A stretch of DNA of 43,663 nt from Vectrevirus T205P5, in the sequence record OZ035792.1; one strand, 5' to 3'. Below the pieces are notes generated by a model, which did no database searches, was not told the origin of the DNA, and was given only the letters and a program-made list of their open reading frames with translations. Both the position numbers and the translations under genes were made by a program. The first letter of the stretch is position 1. Each line of letters starts with the position of its first letter. This document shows, in pieces, positions 8,808 through 17,675 of this stretch.

Positions 8808-8987
8808 ATGACATTAAACAACCGTGAACTATCCGTTCTCTTCACTCTGTTGTGCTACATGATTCGTAACAACGAATTGCTTACAGATGACGAGTTGGCA
8901 CTGTATCACCGCTTTCTTAACGAAGGTTGGACCGATACAGTTAATCAATACCGTAACATGATAGATGAGTTGAGGGAGGGTAAATAA
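8808..8987 (+). CDS. Early hypothetical protein
   Basis: GAGGGA RBS before the internal ATG of ORF 8766-8987; first gene after the terminal region. Confidence 0.4.
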   Translation: MTLNNRELSVLFTLLCYMIRNNELLTDDELALYHRFLNEGWTDTVNQYRNMIDELREGK

Positions 8988-9211
8988 TGTATCAACATGA
9001 GGTATTCTTTGAATCAGCTAGCGAAGCTATTCGCTTCCGTGATGATATGATGCAAGCTGGTGTAGGCGTTGATGTGTATCACTATTTGATAGATTACGAC
9101 ACTGAATATCACCGAGTTACCTTAGTATCTGAGTATGACAACCAAGTCATTACTGAGTATCTAGGCAGTGAAGATTACGATTACGATGAAGTAATCACGA
9201 CAAATCTCTAA
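8987..9211 (+). CDS. Early acidic protein (74 aa), hypothetical
   Basis: GGAGGG RBS; start overlaps the upstream stop; strongly acidic, ending SEDYDYDEVITTNL. Confidence 0.45.
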   Translation: MYQHEVFFESASEAIRFRDDMMQAGVGVDVYHYLIDYDTEYHRVTLVSEYDNQVITEYLGSEDYDYDEVITTNL

Positions 9212-9219
9212 ATTAACTG

Positions 9220-9248
9220 TTGACAGCCACGGCATACAAGGTTACATT
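9220..9248 (+). promoter_or_regulatory. Candidate host sigma70 early promoter
   Basis: TTGACA, 17-nt spacer, TACATT, in an early intergenic region. Confidence 0.3.
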
Positions 9249-9340
9249 AAGCATCAAGACGGCGACGTCTTTAAACATCCTGCTCTTTAACAATACGGTT
9301 TGTGTCTTGATAGGCTAACTAACTAACTAAGGTAATTATC

Positions 9341-9451
9341 ATGAAAGGTTTAATTTGTGTAGAACGTATGGTCAATGGTAAACTTGAAATATTACCACTG
9401 GAAAACCAATCTAGCTTCAAAGAGTGGTATGGCTGTTTCTCACTGATTTAA
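9341..9451 (+). CDS. Small early ORF (36 aa), hypothetical
   Basis: TAAGGT RBS; fills an early intergenic gap; no homology recognised. Confidence 0.25.
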   Translation: MKGLICVERMVNGKLEILPLENQSSFKEWYGCFSLI

Positions 9452-9602
9452 GGTAAAGGCTGGCACTAGTCAGCCTATCAAGGCGCAAACCAAGCTCTTT
9501 AACAATTTGGATGGTAGCTTCTTAGTCTGGATAGGTTAAACCTAGGAGATTCTCTTGAGTCTCCTATAATGTAACCTAACTAACTAAATGAGGATTAATA
9601 AC

Positions 9603-9959
9603 ATGGCTATGTCTAATATGACTTACTCTCAGGTTTACAACACCGCTCATGCTGCATTAGTTGAACGTATCTGGAATGATGCTATTGAGTGTATCGATAA
9701 CGCACATGATGCAATCCATGAGGTAGCGGACAGTGCTGTACCAATTTATTATGCTGACATCTTCTCAGTGATGGCGAGTGAAGGCATTGATCACTTCTTC
9801 GAAGACTCCGGCCTGATGCCAGATACTAGGGATGTAACGGTCGTACTACAAGCCCGTATTTATGAACAACTCACCATTGATTTATGGGAACGTGTTCAAG
9901 ATATGATTGTTGCGTACACCAATTACGCTGAGGATTCAGAAGAAGAAGAGGAAGAATAA
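9603..9959 (+). CDS. ocr: Ocr (gp0.3-like) DNA-mimic anti-restriction protein
   Basis: [47 protein letters not shown] closely matches T7 Ocr as recalled; polyacidic C-terminus; GAGGA RBS before the ATG at 9603. Confidence 0.88.
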   Translation: MAMSNMTYSQVYNTAHAALVERIWNDAIECIDNAHDAIHEVADSAVPIYYADIFSVMASEGIDHFFEDSGLMPDTRDVTVVLQARIYEQLTIDLWERVQDMIVAYTNYAEDSEEEEEE

Positions 9960-10065
9960 GGATGGAAAAGCAATATAACTTTATCTTTTCAGACGGTGTA
10001 ACCCTGAAGTGTTCCCTACGATTCGCACAAATTCGTGAGGAAGTACTAGGCACTACATACAAACT

Positions 10066-10090
10066 ATTTAGCTGACACTATAAGAGAAGG
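10066..10090 (+). promoter_or_regulatory. Variant SP6-type promoter-like sequence (TATAAGAG) in the early region
   Basis: ATTTAGCTGACACTATAAGAGAAGG; A replaces G at the predicted start site. Confidence 0.35.
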
Positions 10091-10151
10091 CTTAACAAGG
10101 CGTTGCTACGGTAGCGCCTGATTAAACTTTCACTTACTAGAGGTTAAGATT

Positions 10152-10277
10152 ATGAAACTATCGCCATCCGCTAAAGGCCTCATTGCAGAACTTAAAGACT
10201 CTTTGAGGAATCCAATCATTTGGGCACTTATCTACATACCTTATGGTATCTACCTATTTCACCTCATCACTGAGTAG
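10152..10277 (+). CDS. Small membrane protein (41 aa), hypothetical
   Basis: GAGG RBS; hydrophobic IIWALIYIPYGIYLFHLI. Confidence 0.3.
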   Translation: MKLSPSAKGLIAELKDSLRNPIIWALIYIPYGIYLFHLITE

Positions 10278-10311
10278 CTAGCCTATAGCCTACCTGAGTG
10301 GGCTATGTGAT

Positions 10312-10333
10312 ATTTACTTACACTATAAGGTGA
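10312..10333 (+). promoter_or_regulatory. Variant SP6-type promoter-like sequence (TACACTATAAGG)
   Basis: ATTTACTTACACTATAAGGTGA directly upstream of the 294-aa early gene; deviates from the consensus at two positions. Confidence 0.3.
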
Positions 10334-10338
10334 TTAAT

Positions 10339-11223
10339 ATGACTACTGAAAACATCCTTCTGTCTGTTCGTGAAGCTGCAACCGCTGAAATCAAGCAGCA
10401 CTTAGACAATATCGGCACTTCTTACATCAAAGTTGGCGCTTGTCTGAATGAATTACGCGGTGATTTCGAAGGTCAAAAAGACTTTTTAGCTTATGTAGAA
10501 TCAGAGTTCGGCATCAAGAAGGCACAATGCTACAAGCTGATGAGTGTAGCCCGTGTCTTTGAAGGAGACGAACGCTTTAAAGGTGTGGCTATGCGTGTAA
10601 TGCTGGCGCTTGTTCCTTTCGCTGATGAAAATATCATCATGGAGAAAGCCGCAGAACTTGCCGCAGCGGGCAAGCTGGACACTAACGCCGTGAACGCCCT
10701 GATTGAGCCTAAGAAAGAGCCAAAGTCTGAGACGGTACAATCCAAGGCTGAGCCTGTAAAACCGCAGGAGAACGCGACTGCGGCCGCAGAATCCCAGGAA
10801 ACGCAAGCGCCGCAGGAAGTGCCGCCAGCAAGTGAGTCGGATGACGACAAATCAGCACCGTGGGAAGAGGAAAGCAAGCCGGAAGCGCCAAAGGCCGCGC
10901 CACTGGACAACACGGCTAACACTGAAAACGCCGCTATGGCTGGCCTACTGGCACAAATTAAGGCACTGACTGAGCAATTACAGGCAGCTAACGACCGCAT
11001 CGCCGCCCTAACCAGTGCACGTGAAAGCAAGAAGGCAGCCGCGCCTATGCTTCCCCAATTCAAATCTAAATGTTTCTATGCTCGCTTGGGTTTAAGCGCT
11101 GAGGAGGCAACGAAGAAAACAGCAGTTAACAAGGTACGCCGCGAACTGGTTAAGCTAGGCTATGGTGAAGGCCATGAAGCATGGGCCTTAATCTCTGAGG
11201 CAGTAGAAGAATTAACTAAGTAA
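10339..11223 (+). CDS. Early protein (294 aa) of unknown function, in the gp0.7 position
   Basis: AAGGTGA RBS; globular N-terminal domain, acidic Pro/Ala/Glu-rich linker, C-terminal coiled coil; directly precedes the RNAP gene; no kinase motifs seen. Confidence 0.6.
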   Translation: MTTENILLSVREAATAEIKQHLDNIGTSYIKVGACLNELRGDFEGQKDFLAYVESEFGIKKAQCYKLMSVARVFEGDERFKGVAMRVMLALVPFADENIIMEKAAELAAAGKLDTNAVNALIEPKKEPKSETVQSKAEPVKPQENATAAAESQETQAPQEVPPASESDDDKSAPWEEESKPEAPKAAPLDNTANTENAAMAGLLAQIKALTEQLQAANDRIAALTSARESKKAAAPMLPQFKSKCFYARLGLSAEEATKKTAVNKVRRELVKLGYGEGHEAWALISEAVEELTK

Positions 11224-11286
11224 CCTTATCGGTGGCATCTTCTTAGGTGTCACCTATTAAGGTTTCTTTCACTAGGAGTAAACAAG

Positions 11287-13914
11287 ATGCAAGACTTACA
11301 CGCTATTCAACTTCAACTTGAAGAAGAAATGTTTAACGGCGGTATCCGTCGCTTTGAAGCGGACCAACAGCGCCAGATTGCATCCGGTAATGAATCAGAC
11401 ACGGCATGGAATCGCCGCTTATTGTCCGAGTTAATCGCGCCAATGGCTGAAGGTATTCAGGCATACAAGGAAGAGTATGAAGGTAAAAGAGGCCGTGCAC
11501 CGCGTGCATTAGCTTTCATTAACTGCGTAGAAAACGAAGTGGCAGCATATATCACGATGAAAATCGTTATGGATATGCTGAACACGGATGTAACCTTGCA
11601 GGCTATAGCCATGAATGTAGCTGACCGCATTGAGGACCAAGTACGTTTTAGCAAGCTGGAAGGTCACGCCGCCAAATACTTTGAAAAAGTTAAGAAGTCA
11701 CTTAAGGCAAGTAAGACTAAATCATATCGCCATGCGCACAACGTAGCGGTAGTGGCTGAGAAGTCAGTAGCTGACCGTGACGCTGATTTCTCCCGCTGGG
11801 AGGCATGGCCTAAAGACACCTTGCTGCAAATTGGGATGACCTTGCTTGAAATCTTAGAGAATAGCGTATTCTTCAACGGGCAACCTGTCTTCCTCCGCAC
11901 CTTGCGCACTAATGGCGGCAAACATGGTGTTTACTACCTACAGACTAGTGAACACGTAGGTGAGTGGATAACTGCATTTAAAGAACATGTAGCGCAACTT
12001 AGTCCAGCCTATGCACCTTGCGTTATTCCTCCGCGTCCGTGGGTATCACCCTTTAACGGTGGGTTTCATACTGAGAAAGTAGCAAGCCGTATTCGTCTGG
12101 TAAAAGGCAATCGTGAGCACGTCCGCAAGCTGACCAAAAAGCAAATGCCAGCGGTTTACAAGGCTGTTAACGCTTTGCAGGCGACTAAGTGGCAGGTTAA
12201 TAAAGAGGTTTTACAGGTTGTGGAGGACGTTATACGTCTAGACCTCGGCTATGGTGTACCTTCCTTTAAACCACTCATCGACCGTGAGAACAAGCCAGCT
12301 AATCCGGTGCCGTTAGAGTTCCAGCACCTGCGAGGCCGTGAACTGAAAGAAATGCTTACGCCGGAACAATGGCAAGCCTTTATCAACTGGAAAGGTGAAT
12401 GTACTAAGCTGTACACCGCTGAAACTAAGCGCGGAAGCAAATCGGCGGCAACCGTTCGCATGGTTGGTCAGGCCCGTAAATATAGCCAGTTCGACGCAAT
12501 CTACTTCGTGTATGCACTGGACAGCCGCAGCCGTGTATACGCGCAATCTAGCACACTCTCACCGCAATCAAATGACTTGGGCAAGGCCTTGCTCCGTTTT
12601 ACCGAAGGGCAGCGTCTTGATAGCGCTGAGGCGCTTAAGTGGTTTTTGGTGAACGGGGCTAATAACTGGGGTTGGGATAAGAAAACTTTTGACGTGCGCA
12701 CCGCTAACGTGCTGGATAGTGAATTTCAAGACATGTGCCGCGACATTGCAGCGGATCCGCTGACCTTCACTCAATGGGTAAATGCCGATTCCCCTTATGG
12801 CTTCCTTGCATGGTGCTTTGAATATGCGCGTTATCTGGATGCACTGGATGAAGGCACGCAAGACCAATTCATGACGCACCTACCCGTCCATCAAGACGGC
12901 AGTTGCTCTGGTATTCAGCACTATAGCGCGATGTTACGCGATGCAGTAGGTGCGAAAGCAGTAAACCTTAAGCCTTCTGACTCTCCTCAAGATATTTATG
13001 GTGCCGTTGCGCAGGTAGTAATTCAGAAGAATTATGCATACATGAATGCAGAGGATGCGGAAACCTTCACTTCTGGCAGCGTGACTTTAACAGGTGCGGA
13101 GCTGCGTAGTATGGCTAGTGCGTGGGATATGATAGGAATCACTCGCGGCCTGACCAAAAAGCCCGTAATGACACTACCTTATGGCAGCACACGTCTAACC
13201 TGCCGTGAGTCAGTGATTGATTATATCGTTGATTTAGAAGAAAAAGAGGCCCAACGGGCTATTGCGGAAGGGCGTACCGCCAATCCTGTACACCCTTTTG
13301 ATAATGACCGTAAGGACAGCCTGACACCTAGCGCAGCTTATAACTATATGACAGCTTTAATCTGGCCTTCTATTTCGGAAGTGGTTAAAGCTCCTATAGT
13401 GGCAATGAAAATGATTCGTCAGCTTGCACGTTTCGCAGCTAAAAGGAATGAAGGCTTAGAGTACACCTTGCCTACTGGCTTCATCTTGCAACAAAAGATA
13501 ATGGCGACAGATATGCTCCGCGTATCTACTTGCTTGATGGGAGAAATCAAGATGAGTCTACAGATTGAAACGGACGTAGTGGATGAAACGGCTATGATGG
13601 GCGCTGCTGCCCCTAACTTTGTGCACGGTCATGATGCCAGTCACCTTATCTTAACGGTCTGCGACCTTGTTGATAAAGGGATTACATCTATCGCAGTAAT
13701 TCATGATTCTTTTGGCACTCATGCAGGTCGCACCGCAGACCTACGTGATAGTCTAAGGGCAGAAATGGTGAAGATGTATCAAGGCCGTAACGCTCTGCAA
13801 AGCCTGTTAGATGAGCATGAAGAACGCTGGTTAGTAGACACCGGAATCCAAGTGCCAGAGCAAGGAGAGTTTGACCTTAACGAAATCTTAGTATCTGACT
13901 ATTGCTTCGCATAA
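11287..13914 (+). CDS. Single-subunit DNA-dependent RNA polymerase (T7 gene 1 family)
   Basis: 875 aa; matches T7 RNAP motifs as recalled (PWxxxx[25 protein letters not shown]-terminal DYCFA). Confidence 0.97.
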   Translation: MQDLHAIQLQLEEEMFNGGIRRFEADQQRQIASGNESDTAWNRRLLSELIAPMAEGIQAYKEEYEGKRGRAPRALAFINCVENEVAAYITMKIVMDMLNTDVTLQAIAMNVADRIEDQVRFSKLEGHAAKYFEKVKKSLKASKTKSYRHAHNVAVVAEKSVADRDADFSRWEAWPKDTLLQIGMTLLEILENSVFFNGQPVFLRTLRTNGGKHGVYYLQTSEHVGEWITAFKEHVAQLSPAYAPCVIPPRPWVSPFNGGFHTEKVASRIRLVKGNREHVRKLTKKQMPAVYKAVNALQATKWQVNKEVLQVVEDVIRLDLGYGVPSFKPLIDRENKPANPVPLEFQHLRGRELKEMLTPEQWQAFINWKGECTKLYTAETKRGSKSAATVRMVGQARKYSQFDAIYFVYALDSRSRVYAQSSTLSPQSNDLGKALLRFTEGQRLDSAEALKWFLVNGANNWGWDKKTFDVRTANVLDSEFQDMCRDIAADPLTFTQWVNADSPYGFLAWCFEYARYLDALDEGTQDQFMTHLPVHQDGSCSGIQHYSAMLRDAVGAKAVNLKPSDSPQDIYGAVAQVVIQKNYAYMNAEDAETFTSGSVTLTGAELRSMASAWDMIGITRGLTKKPVMTLPYGSTRLTCRESVIDYIVDLEEKEAQRAIAEGRTANPVHPFDNDRKDSLTPSAAYNYMTALIWPSISEVVKAPIVAMKMIRQLARFAAKRNEGLEYTLPTGFILQQKIMATDMLRVSTCLMGEIKMSLQIETDVVDETAMMGAAAPNFVHGHDASHLILTVCDLVDKGITSIAVIHDSFGTHAGRTADLRDSLRAEMVKMYQGRNALQSLLDEHEERWLVDTGIQVPEQGEFDLNEILVSDYCFA

Positions 13915-13922
13915 TATTAATA

Positions 13923-13953
13923 GGCCATTCCTTAGGGAGTGGCCTTTTCTTTT
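13923..13953 (+). terminator. Intrinsic terminator after the RNAP gene (early terminator, TE-like)
   Basis: GGCCATTCC-ttag-GGAGTGGCC stem-loop followed by TTTTCTTTT. Confidence 0.6.
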
Positions 13954-13988
13954 ACCTATTACCTGTAACATTTAATTAACATAACCGT

Positions 13989-14004
13989 GTCTCACACGTG
14001 AGAC
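13989..14004 (+). repeat. Conserved palindrome GTCTCAC-AC-GTGAGAC, copy 1 of 6
   Basis: Identical 7-bp arms shared with the copies at 14171, 16381, 17526, 22622 and 39188; sits immediately upstream of a phage promoter. Confidence 0.8.
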
Positions 14005-14027
14005 TTATTTACCGGACACTATAGGAT
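14005..14027 (+). promoter_or_regulatory. SP6-type phage RNAP promoter, first after the RNAP gene
   Basis: TTATTTACCGGACACTATAGGAT. Confidence 0.7.
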
Positions 14028-14030
14028 AAC

Positions 14031-14160
14031 CGTCGGAGACGGAAAGAAAGGGAAGATAAAGGATATAAAAGGAAGTAATAGGTATTAAAGGTTATATAGG
14101 TTTACCTAGGAATACCTATTACCTTCTTCCTTCCTCTTATTACTACTTAGAGGAAGGGCA
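14031..14160. other. AT-rich structured spacer between tandem promoters, candidate primary origin of replication
   Basis: Purine-rich arm (GGAAAGAAAGGGAAGATAAAGG...GGAAGTAATAGGTA) and complementary pyrimidine-rich arm (TACCTATTACCTTCTTCCTTCC) flank an AT-rich core; the location after the RNAP gene with flanking phage promoters parallels the T7 primary origin. Confidence 0.4.
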
Positions 14161-14170
14161 GACCTAAGTT

Positions 14171-14186
14171 GTCTCACATGTGAGAC
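14171..14186 (+). repeat. Conserved palindrome GTCTCAC-AT-GTGAGAC, copy 2 of 6
   Basis: Exact arms; followed by a degenerate promoter. Confidence 0.8.
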
Positions 14187-14190
14187 TTCG

Positions 14191-14216
14191 TATTTACCGG
14201 ACAGTATAGATAAGAC
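14191..14216 (+). promoter_or_regulatory. Degenerate SP6-type promoter (CAGTATAGAT)
   Basis: TATTTACCGGACAGTATAGATAAGAC; the upstream half is perfect, the core has C-to-G and spacing changes. Confidence 0.3.
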
Positions 14217-14239
14217 TAACTTACTTTGGAGATTTAACC

Positions 14240-14368
14240 ATGCGTAACTTTGAGAAGATGACCCGTAAAGCTAACCGTTTTGACATGGAAGAAGGGCAGA
14301 CGAAAGGCAAGAAGCTGAATAAACCTGTCCGTGACCGTGCATCTAAACGCGCTGCGTGGGAGTTCTAA
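14240..14368 (+). CDS. gp1.1-like small basic protein (42 aa)
   Basis: MRNFEKMTRKANRF...KGKKLNK...RDR.SKR..WE resembles T7 gp1.1 as recalled; GGAG RBS; under 60 aa so absent from the ORF track. Confidence 0.65.
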   Translation: MRNFEKMTRKANRFDMEEGQTKGKKLNKPVRDRASKRAAWEF

Positions 14369-14371
14369 GTT

Positions 14372-16360
14372 ATGGCTATTATTCAGAATGTACCGTGTCC
14401 TGCCTGTCAAAAGAATGGACATGATATTACTGGCAACCATCTTATGATATTTGAGGATGGCGCTGGTTACTGTAACCGTGGTCACTTCCATGATAATGGG
14501 AAGCCTTATTACCATAAGCCAGAGGGTGGTATCGAGATAACCGAATTGCCTATTACTGGCAATATCAAATATACACCCTCTCAATTCAAAGAAATGGAGA
14601 AGGAAGGGAAGATAAGCGACCCTAAGCTACGCGCCATCGCACTTGGTGGTATGCGTATGAAAGACCGTTGGGAGGTTATGAATGAGCAAGAAAGGGCAGA
14701 CCAAGAAGCAGAGTGGAAACTTGATGTTGAATGGTTCCTCACGCTTAAGCGTAAGAACCTTGTATCCCGTCACATTCGAGGTGACATCGCAGCAATGTAC
14801 GATGTGCGCGTTGGACACGATGAAGAGGGAAGAGTCAACCGTCACTATTATCCACGATATGAAAAGGGTGTGCTTGTTGGAGCAAAATGCCGGACGTTGC
14901 CGAAGGATTTTAAGTTCGGACACCTAGGTAAACTCTTTGGTATGCAAGACCTTTTCGGTATGAACACTTTGTCTCACGTGTTAGACAAGGGGAGACGAAA
15001 GGATTGCTTGCTTATTGTAGGCGGTGAACTTGATGCACTAGCAGCGCAGCAGATGCTCCTTGATTCTGCCAAGGGTACTAAGTGGGAGGGTCAGCCATAC
15101 CATGTATGGTCTGTCAACAAAGGCGAGTCTTGCCTTGAAGAGATAGTGCAGAACCGCGAGCATATCGCCCAATTCAAGAAGATTATATGGGGTTTTGATG
15201 GAGATGAGGTAGGGCAGAAGCAGAATCAGCAAGCGGCTCGCCTGTTTCCTGGCAAATCCTATATCCTTGAATATCCCTCTGGTTGCAAAGATGCTAACAA
15301 GGCATTGATGGCTGGCAAGGCTAAAGAGTTTGTAGATGCATGGTTTAATGCCAAGTCATCTGATGAAGTCTTTGGTAGCCAGATTAAATCTATCGCATCT
15401 CAAAGGGATAAGCTCAAGGCTGCACGTCCAGAGCAAGGACTATCATGGCCTTGGCCTAAGCTGAACAAGGTAACGCTAGGTATTCGTAAGAATCAGCTTA
15501 TCATTGTAGGTGCAGGGTCTGGTGTAGGTAAGACTGAGTTCCTTCGTGAAGTAGTTAAGCACCTCATTGAAGAACACGGTGAATCTGTAGGCATCATTTC
15601 TACAGAAGACCCGATGGTCAAGGTGTCCCGTGCTTTTATCGGCAAGTGGATTGATAAGCGTATTGAGTTACCGCCAACCAACGACCCGAAAGAAGATGGA
15701 TACCGTGAGGTGTTCGACTACACCGAGGAAGAAGCTAACGCCGCCATTGATTATGTAGCTGATACAGGTAAGCTGTTTGTAGCTGACCTAGAGGGTGACT
15801 ATTCGATGGAAAAGGTAGAGCAAACTTGCCTAGAGTTTGAGGCTATGGGCATTTCTAATATCATCATTGATAACTTAACGGGGATTAAATTAGATGAGCG
15901 TGCTTTTGGTGGGAAGGTTGGTGCACTTGATGAATGCGTCAAGCGGATTGGTACTATCAAAGACCGACACCCGGTTACTATATTCCTTGTATCACACCTT
16001 ACACGTCCTCCGGCAAACCGTACCCAACACGAAGAAGGTGGCGAAGTTATCCTTTCTGACTTCCGAGGCTCAGGCGCTATCGGATTCTGGGCATCTTACG
16101 CCTTGGGGATTGAGCGTAATACAAGAGCTGAAACGCTTGACGAAAGGACTACCACGTACATCTCATGTGTCAAAGACCGCGACCAAGGTATCTGGACTGG
16201 AACCAAGGTCATGCTTAAGGGTGACATTCAAACCGGACGTTTAATGGAACCACAAGCCCGTACTAAGTCATTTGACACCGGCGAAGCAAGGCAACAAGAA
16301 GTACCGGATTTACCGGACACTATAGAAGAGACTAACTTCGATGAAGAAAGTGAGTTCTGA
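14372..16360 (+). CDS. DNA primase/helicase (T7 gp4-like)
   Basis: N-terminal Cys4 zinc ribbon (CPACQ...CNRGH), TOPRIM-like VGGELDALA, Walker A GAGSGVGKTEF, acidic C-terminal tail ending EESEF. Confidence 0.95.
   Translation: MAIIQNVPCPACQKNGHDITGNHLMIFEDGAGYCNRGHFHDNGKPYYHKPEGGIEITELPITGNIKYTPSQFKEMEKEGKISDPKLRAIALGGMRMKDRWEVMNEQERADQEAEWKLDVEWFLTLKRKNLVSRHIRGDIAAMYDVRVGHDEEGRVNRHYYPRYEKGVLVGAKCRTLPKDFKFGHLGKLFGMQDLFGMNTLSHVLDKGRRKDCLLIVGGELDALAAQQMLLDSAKGTKWEGQPYHVWSVNKGESCLEEIVQNREHIAQFKKIIWGFDGDEVGQKQNQQAARLFPGKSYILEYPSGCKDANKALMAGKAKEFVDAWFNAKSSDEVFGSQIKSIASQRDKLKAARPEQGLSWPWPKLNKVTLGIRKNQLIIVGAGSGVGKTEFLREVVKHLIEEHGESVGIISTEDPMVKVSRAFIGKWIDKRIELPPTNDPKEDGYREVFDYTEEEANAAIDYVADTGKLFVADLEGDYSMEKVEQTCLEFEAMGISNIIIDNLTGIKLDERAFGGKVGALDECVKRIGTIKDRHPVTIFLVSHLTRPPANRTQHEEGGEVILSDFRGSGAIGFWASYALGIERNTRAETLDERTTTYISCVKDRDQGIWTGTKVMLKGDIQTGRLMEPQARTKSFDTGEARQQEVPDLPDTIEETNFDEESEF
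16307..16330 (+). promoter_or_regulatory. SP6-type phage RNAP promoter embedded in the 3' end of the primase/helicase gene
   Basis: GATTTACCGGACACTATAGAAGAG; encodes PDLPDTIEE. Confidence 0.7.
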
Positions 16361-16380
16361 TTAGTGTATTTATCAGGGCT

Positions 16381-16396
16381 TGTCTCACATGTGAGA
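16381..16396 (+). repeat. Conserved palindrome GTCTCAC-AT-GTGAGAC, copy 3 of 6 (extended stem 16377-16402)
   Basis: Flanks extend pairing to about 11 bp with one G-U wobble; lies after the helicase stop. Confidence 0.8.
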
Positions 16397-16436
16397 CAGG
16401 CTCTTATTAAGTACATTAAATAACTGGAGATTGATT

Positions 16437-17120
16437 ATGTATAACTTAGTGTTGAATGTAGGTGACTTTGTACGCAACATCAAGAAAGATTCAAGTCGCT
16501 ATCTTTGCCGTGGTGTTGTAACCTTTGTAGATGAGAACCTGTATTATGTAGAATATCGCAGTGGTGTTAAGCAATATTACCACAAGAAGACAGCACATAA
16601 ATATCTTGAAAAGATTGTAGAGATAAACAATCAATGTAAGTGCATACATGATGAGGTTTGCGATAAATGTGCTCGCCAGATGCTTAAGAATTTCCTAGCT
16701 CCTCTTTATTATGGTGCTGGTCCTCAAACACTAGCAGAGTACATGGCAGAAAAGAAAACCACACTCAAGAAAGAGCGTCGCAATGTAATCACTGGTAAGA
16801 CTCAAAGTGAGATGATTAAGCAATGTGGCACTGCATTAGGTGTTACACAGTTTAATACTCGTGCATTGGGTAAATCCACAGGACAAGCTATGGTAAAGAT
16901 TGGAGAAGCCATGATGCATCCAAATGTACCTGTACGAATCATGGATGTTGACCATGCAATCACAGAACACGGTACGCAACGACGTGTAATTAATAAGCAT
17001 TTTGCCGACACTATAGAAGGTATTATTCGTAAGCAAGAGTTGAAAGGTCTTCACATCTTGAATGGTGAAGAGTTACTGTACCTACCTATCGTTACTGAAG
17101 AAACATACGTGAATATCTAA
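16437..17120 (+). CDS. Hypothetical protein (228 aa) with Cys-rich segment
   Basis: GGAG RBS before the ATG at 16437; CKCIHDEVCDKC motif; contains an internal promoter. Confidence 0.55.
   Translation: MYNLVLNVGDFVRNIKKDSSRYLCRGVVTFVDENLYYVEYRSGVKQYYHKKTAHKYLEKIVEINNQCKCIHDEVCDKCARQMLKNFLAPLYYGAGPQTLAEYMAEKKTTLKKERRNVITGKTQSEMIKQCGTALGVTQFNTRALGKSTGQAMVKIGEAMMHPNVPVRIMDVDHAITEHGTQRRVINKHFADTIEGIIRKQELKGLHILNGEELLYLPIVTEETYVNI
16998..17020 (+). promoter_or_regulatory. SP6-type phage RNAP promoter embedded in coding sequence
   Basis: CATTTTGCCGACACTATAGAAGG; core GACACTATAGAAG is perfect; encodes FADTIEGI. Confidence 0.55.
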
Positions 17121-17130
17121 GGAGTTAATC

Positions 17131-17349
17131 ATGACTAAGGTATTAATTTATATGCGTGGACCTCATAAATGCTATGCAGTTGTAGCACCAAATGGTGTTA
17201 AGCCCTATAGAACTTCAAAAAGATTGGCATTAGTAGGTGCTAGTAGTAGTGCAAGTTTCCAAATGGAACTTTTTGGTCATTGGACTGAACGGCAATTCCG
17301 TGAGGATTTTAAAGTCATTGGCAGCTTCATGGTGAAACATGCAGAGTAA
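17131..17349 (+). CDS. Hypothetical protein (72 aa)
   Basis: AAGGAG RBS; ORF-track ORF in a coding-dense region. Confidence 0.5.
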   Translation: MTKVLIYMRGPHKCYAVVAPNGVKPYRTSKRLALVGASSSASFQMELFGHWTERQFREDFKVIGSFMVKHAE

Positions 17350-17516
17350 ACATAGTCTTAAAATGTTCGATGGTCATGAAGACCTGCAAGCCAAGATTAC
17401 TAACCAAGCCTTCCTGTTTGCACAGTTAACTATGGCTGAAGCAAAGAAGAATAGCCTGACGCGTGAACAGGTTATCAAGGAAAGTGAAGTGAAACGTAAG
17501 ATTCGCAGTCGATAAG
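17339..17516 (+). CDS. Small hypothetical protein (59 aa)
   Basis: ATG overlaps the previous gene end; terminates just before palindrome copy 4. Confidence 0.3.
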
Positions 17517-17525
17517 TCAAGGGTT

Positions 17526-17541
17526 GTCTCACGTGTGAGAC
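17526..17541 (+). repeat. Conserved palindrome GTCTCAC-GT-GTGAGAC, copy 4 of 6 (extended stem 17521-17545)
   Basis: Exact arms; flanks pair with one G-U wobble. Confidence 0.8.
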
Positions 17542-17567
17542 AGCCTTTCATCATATTGATTGGAGGT

Positions 17568-17675
17568 GCATTATGCCACGTGATTATGATTCTGATTGGG
17601 ACTATTATGACTCAATGAATCCAAAACCCGAACGTTCAGATGATTACTACGAAACAGAGGCAATGTATGAATACT
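17568..17675 (+). CDS. Small acidic ORF (35 aa), hypothetical
   Basis: GGAGGT RBS; overlaps the DNA polymerase start. Confidence 0.3.

Noticed and set aside
10530-11063. Minus-strand ORFs (177, 101 and 64 aa) opposite the 294-aa early gene
   Set aside because: Ala/Ser-rich low-complexity antisense products of the acidic linker region; no translation signals.
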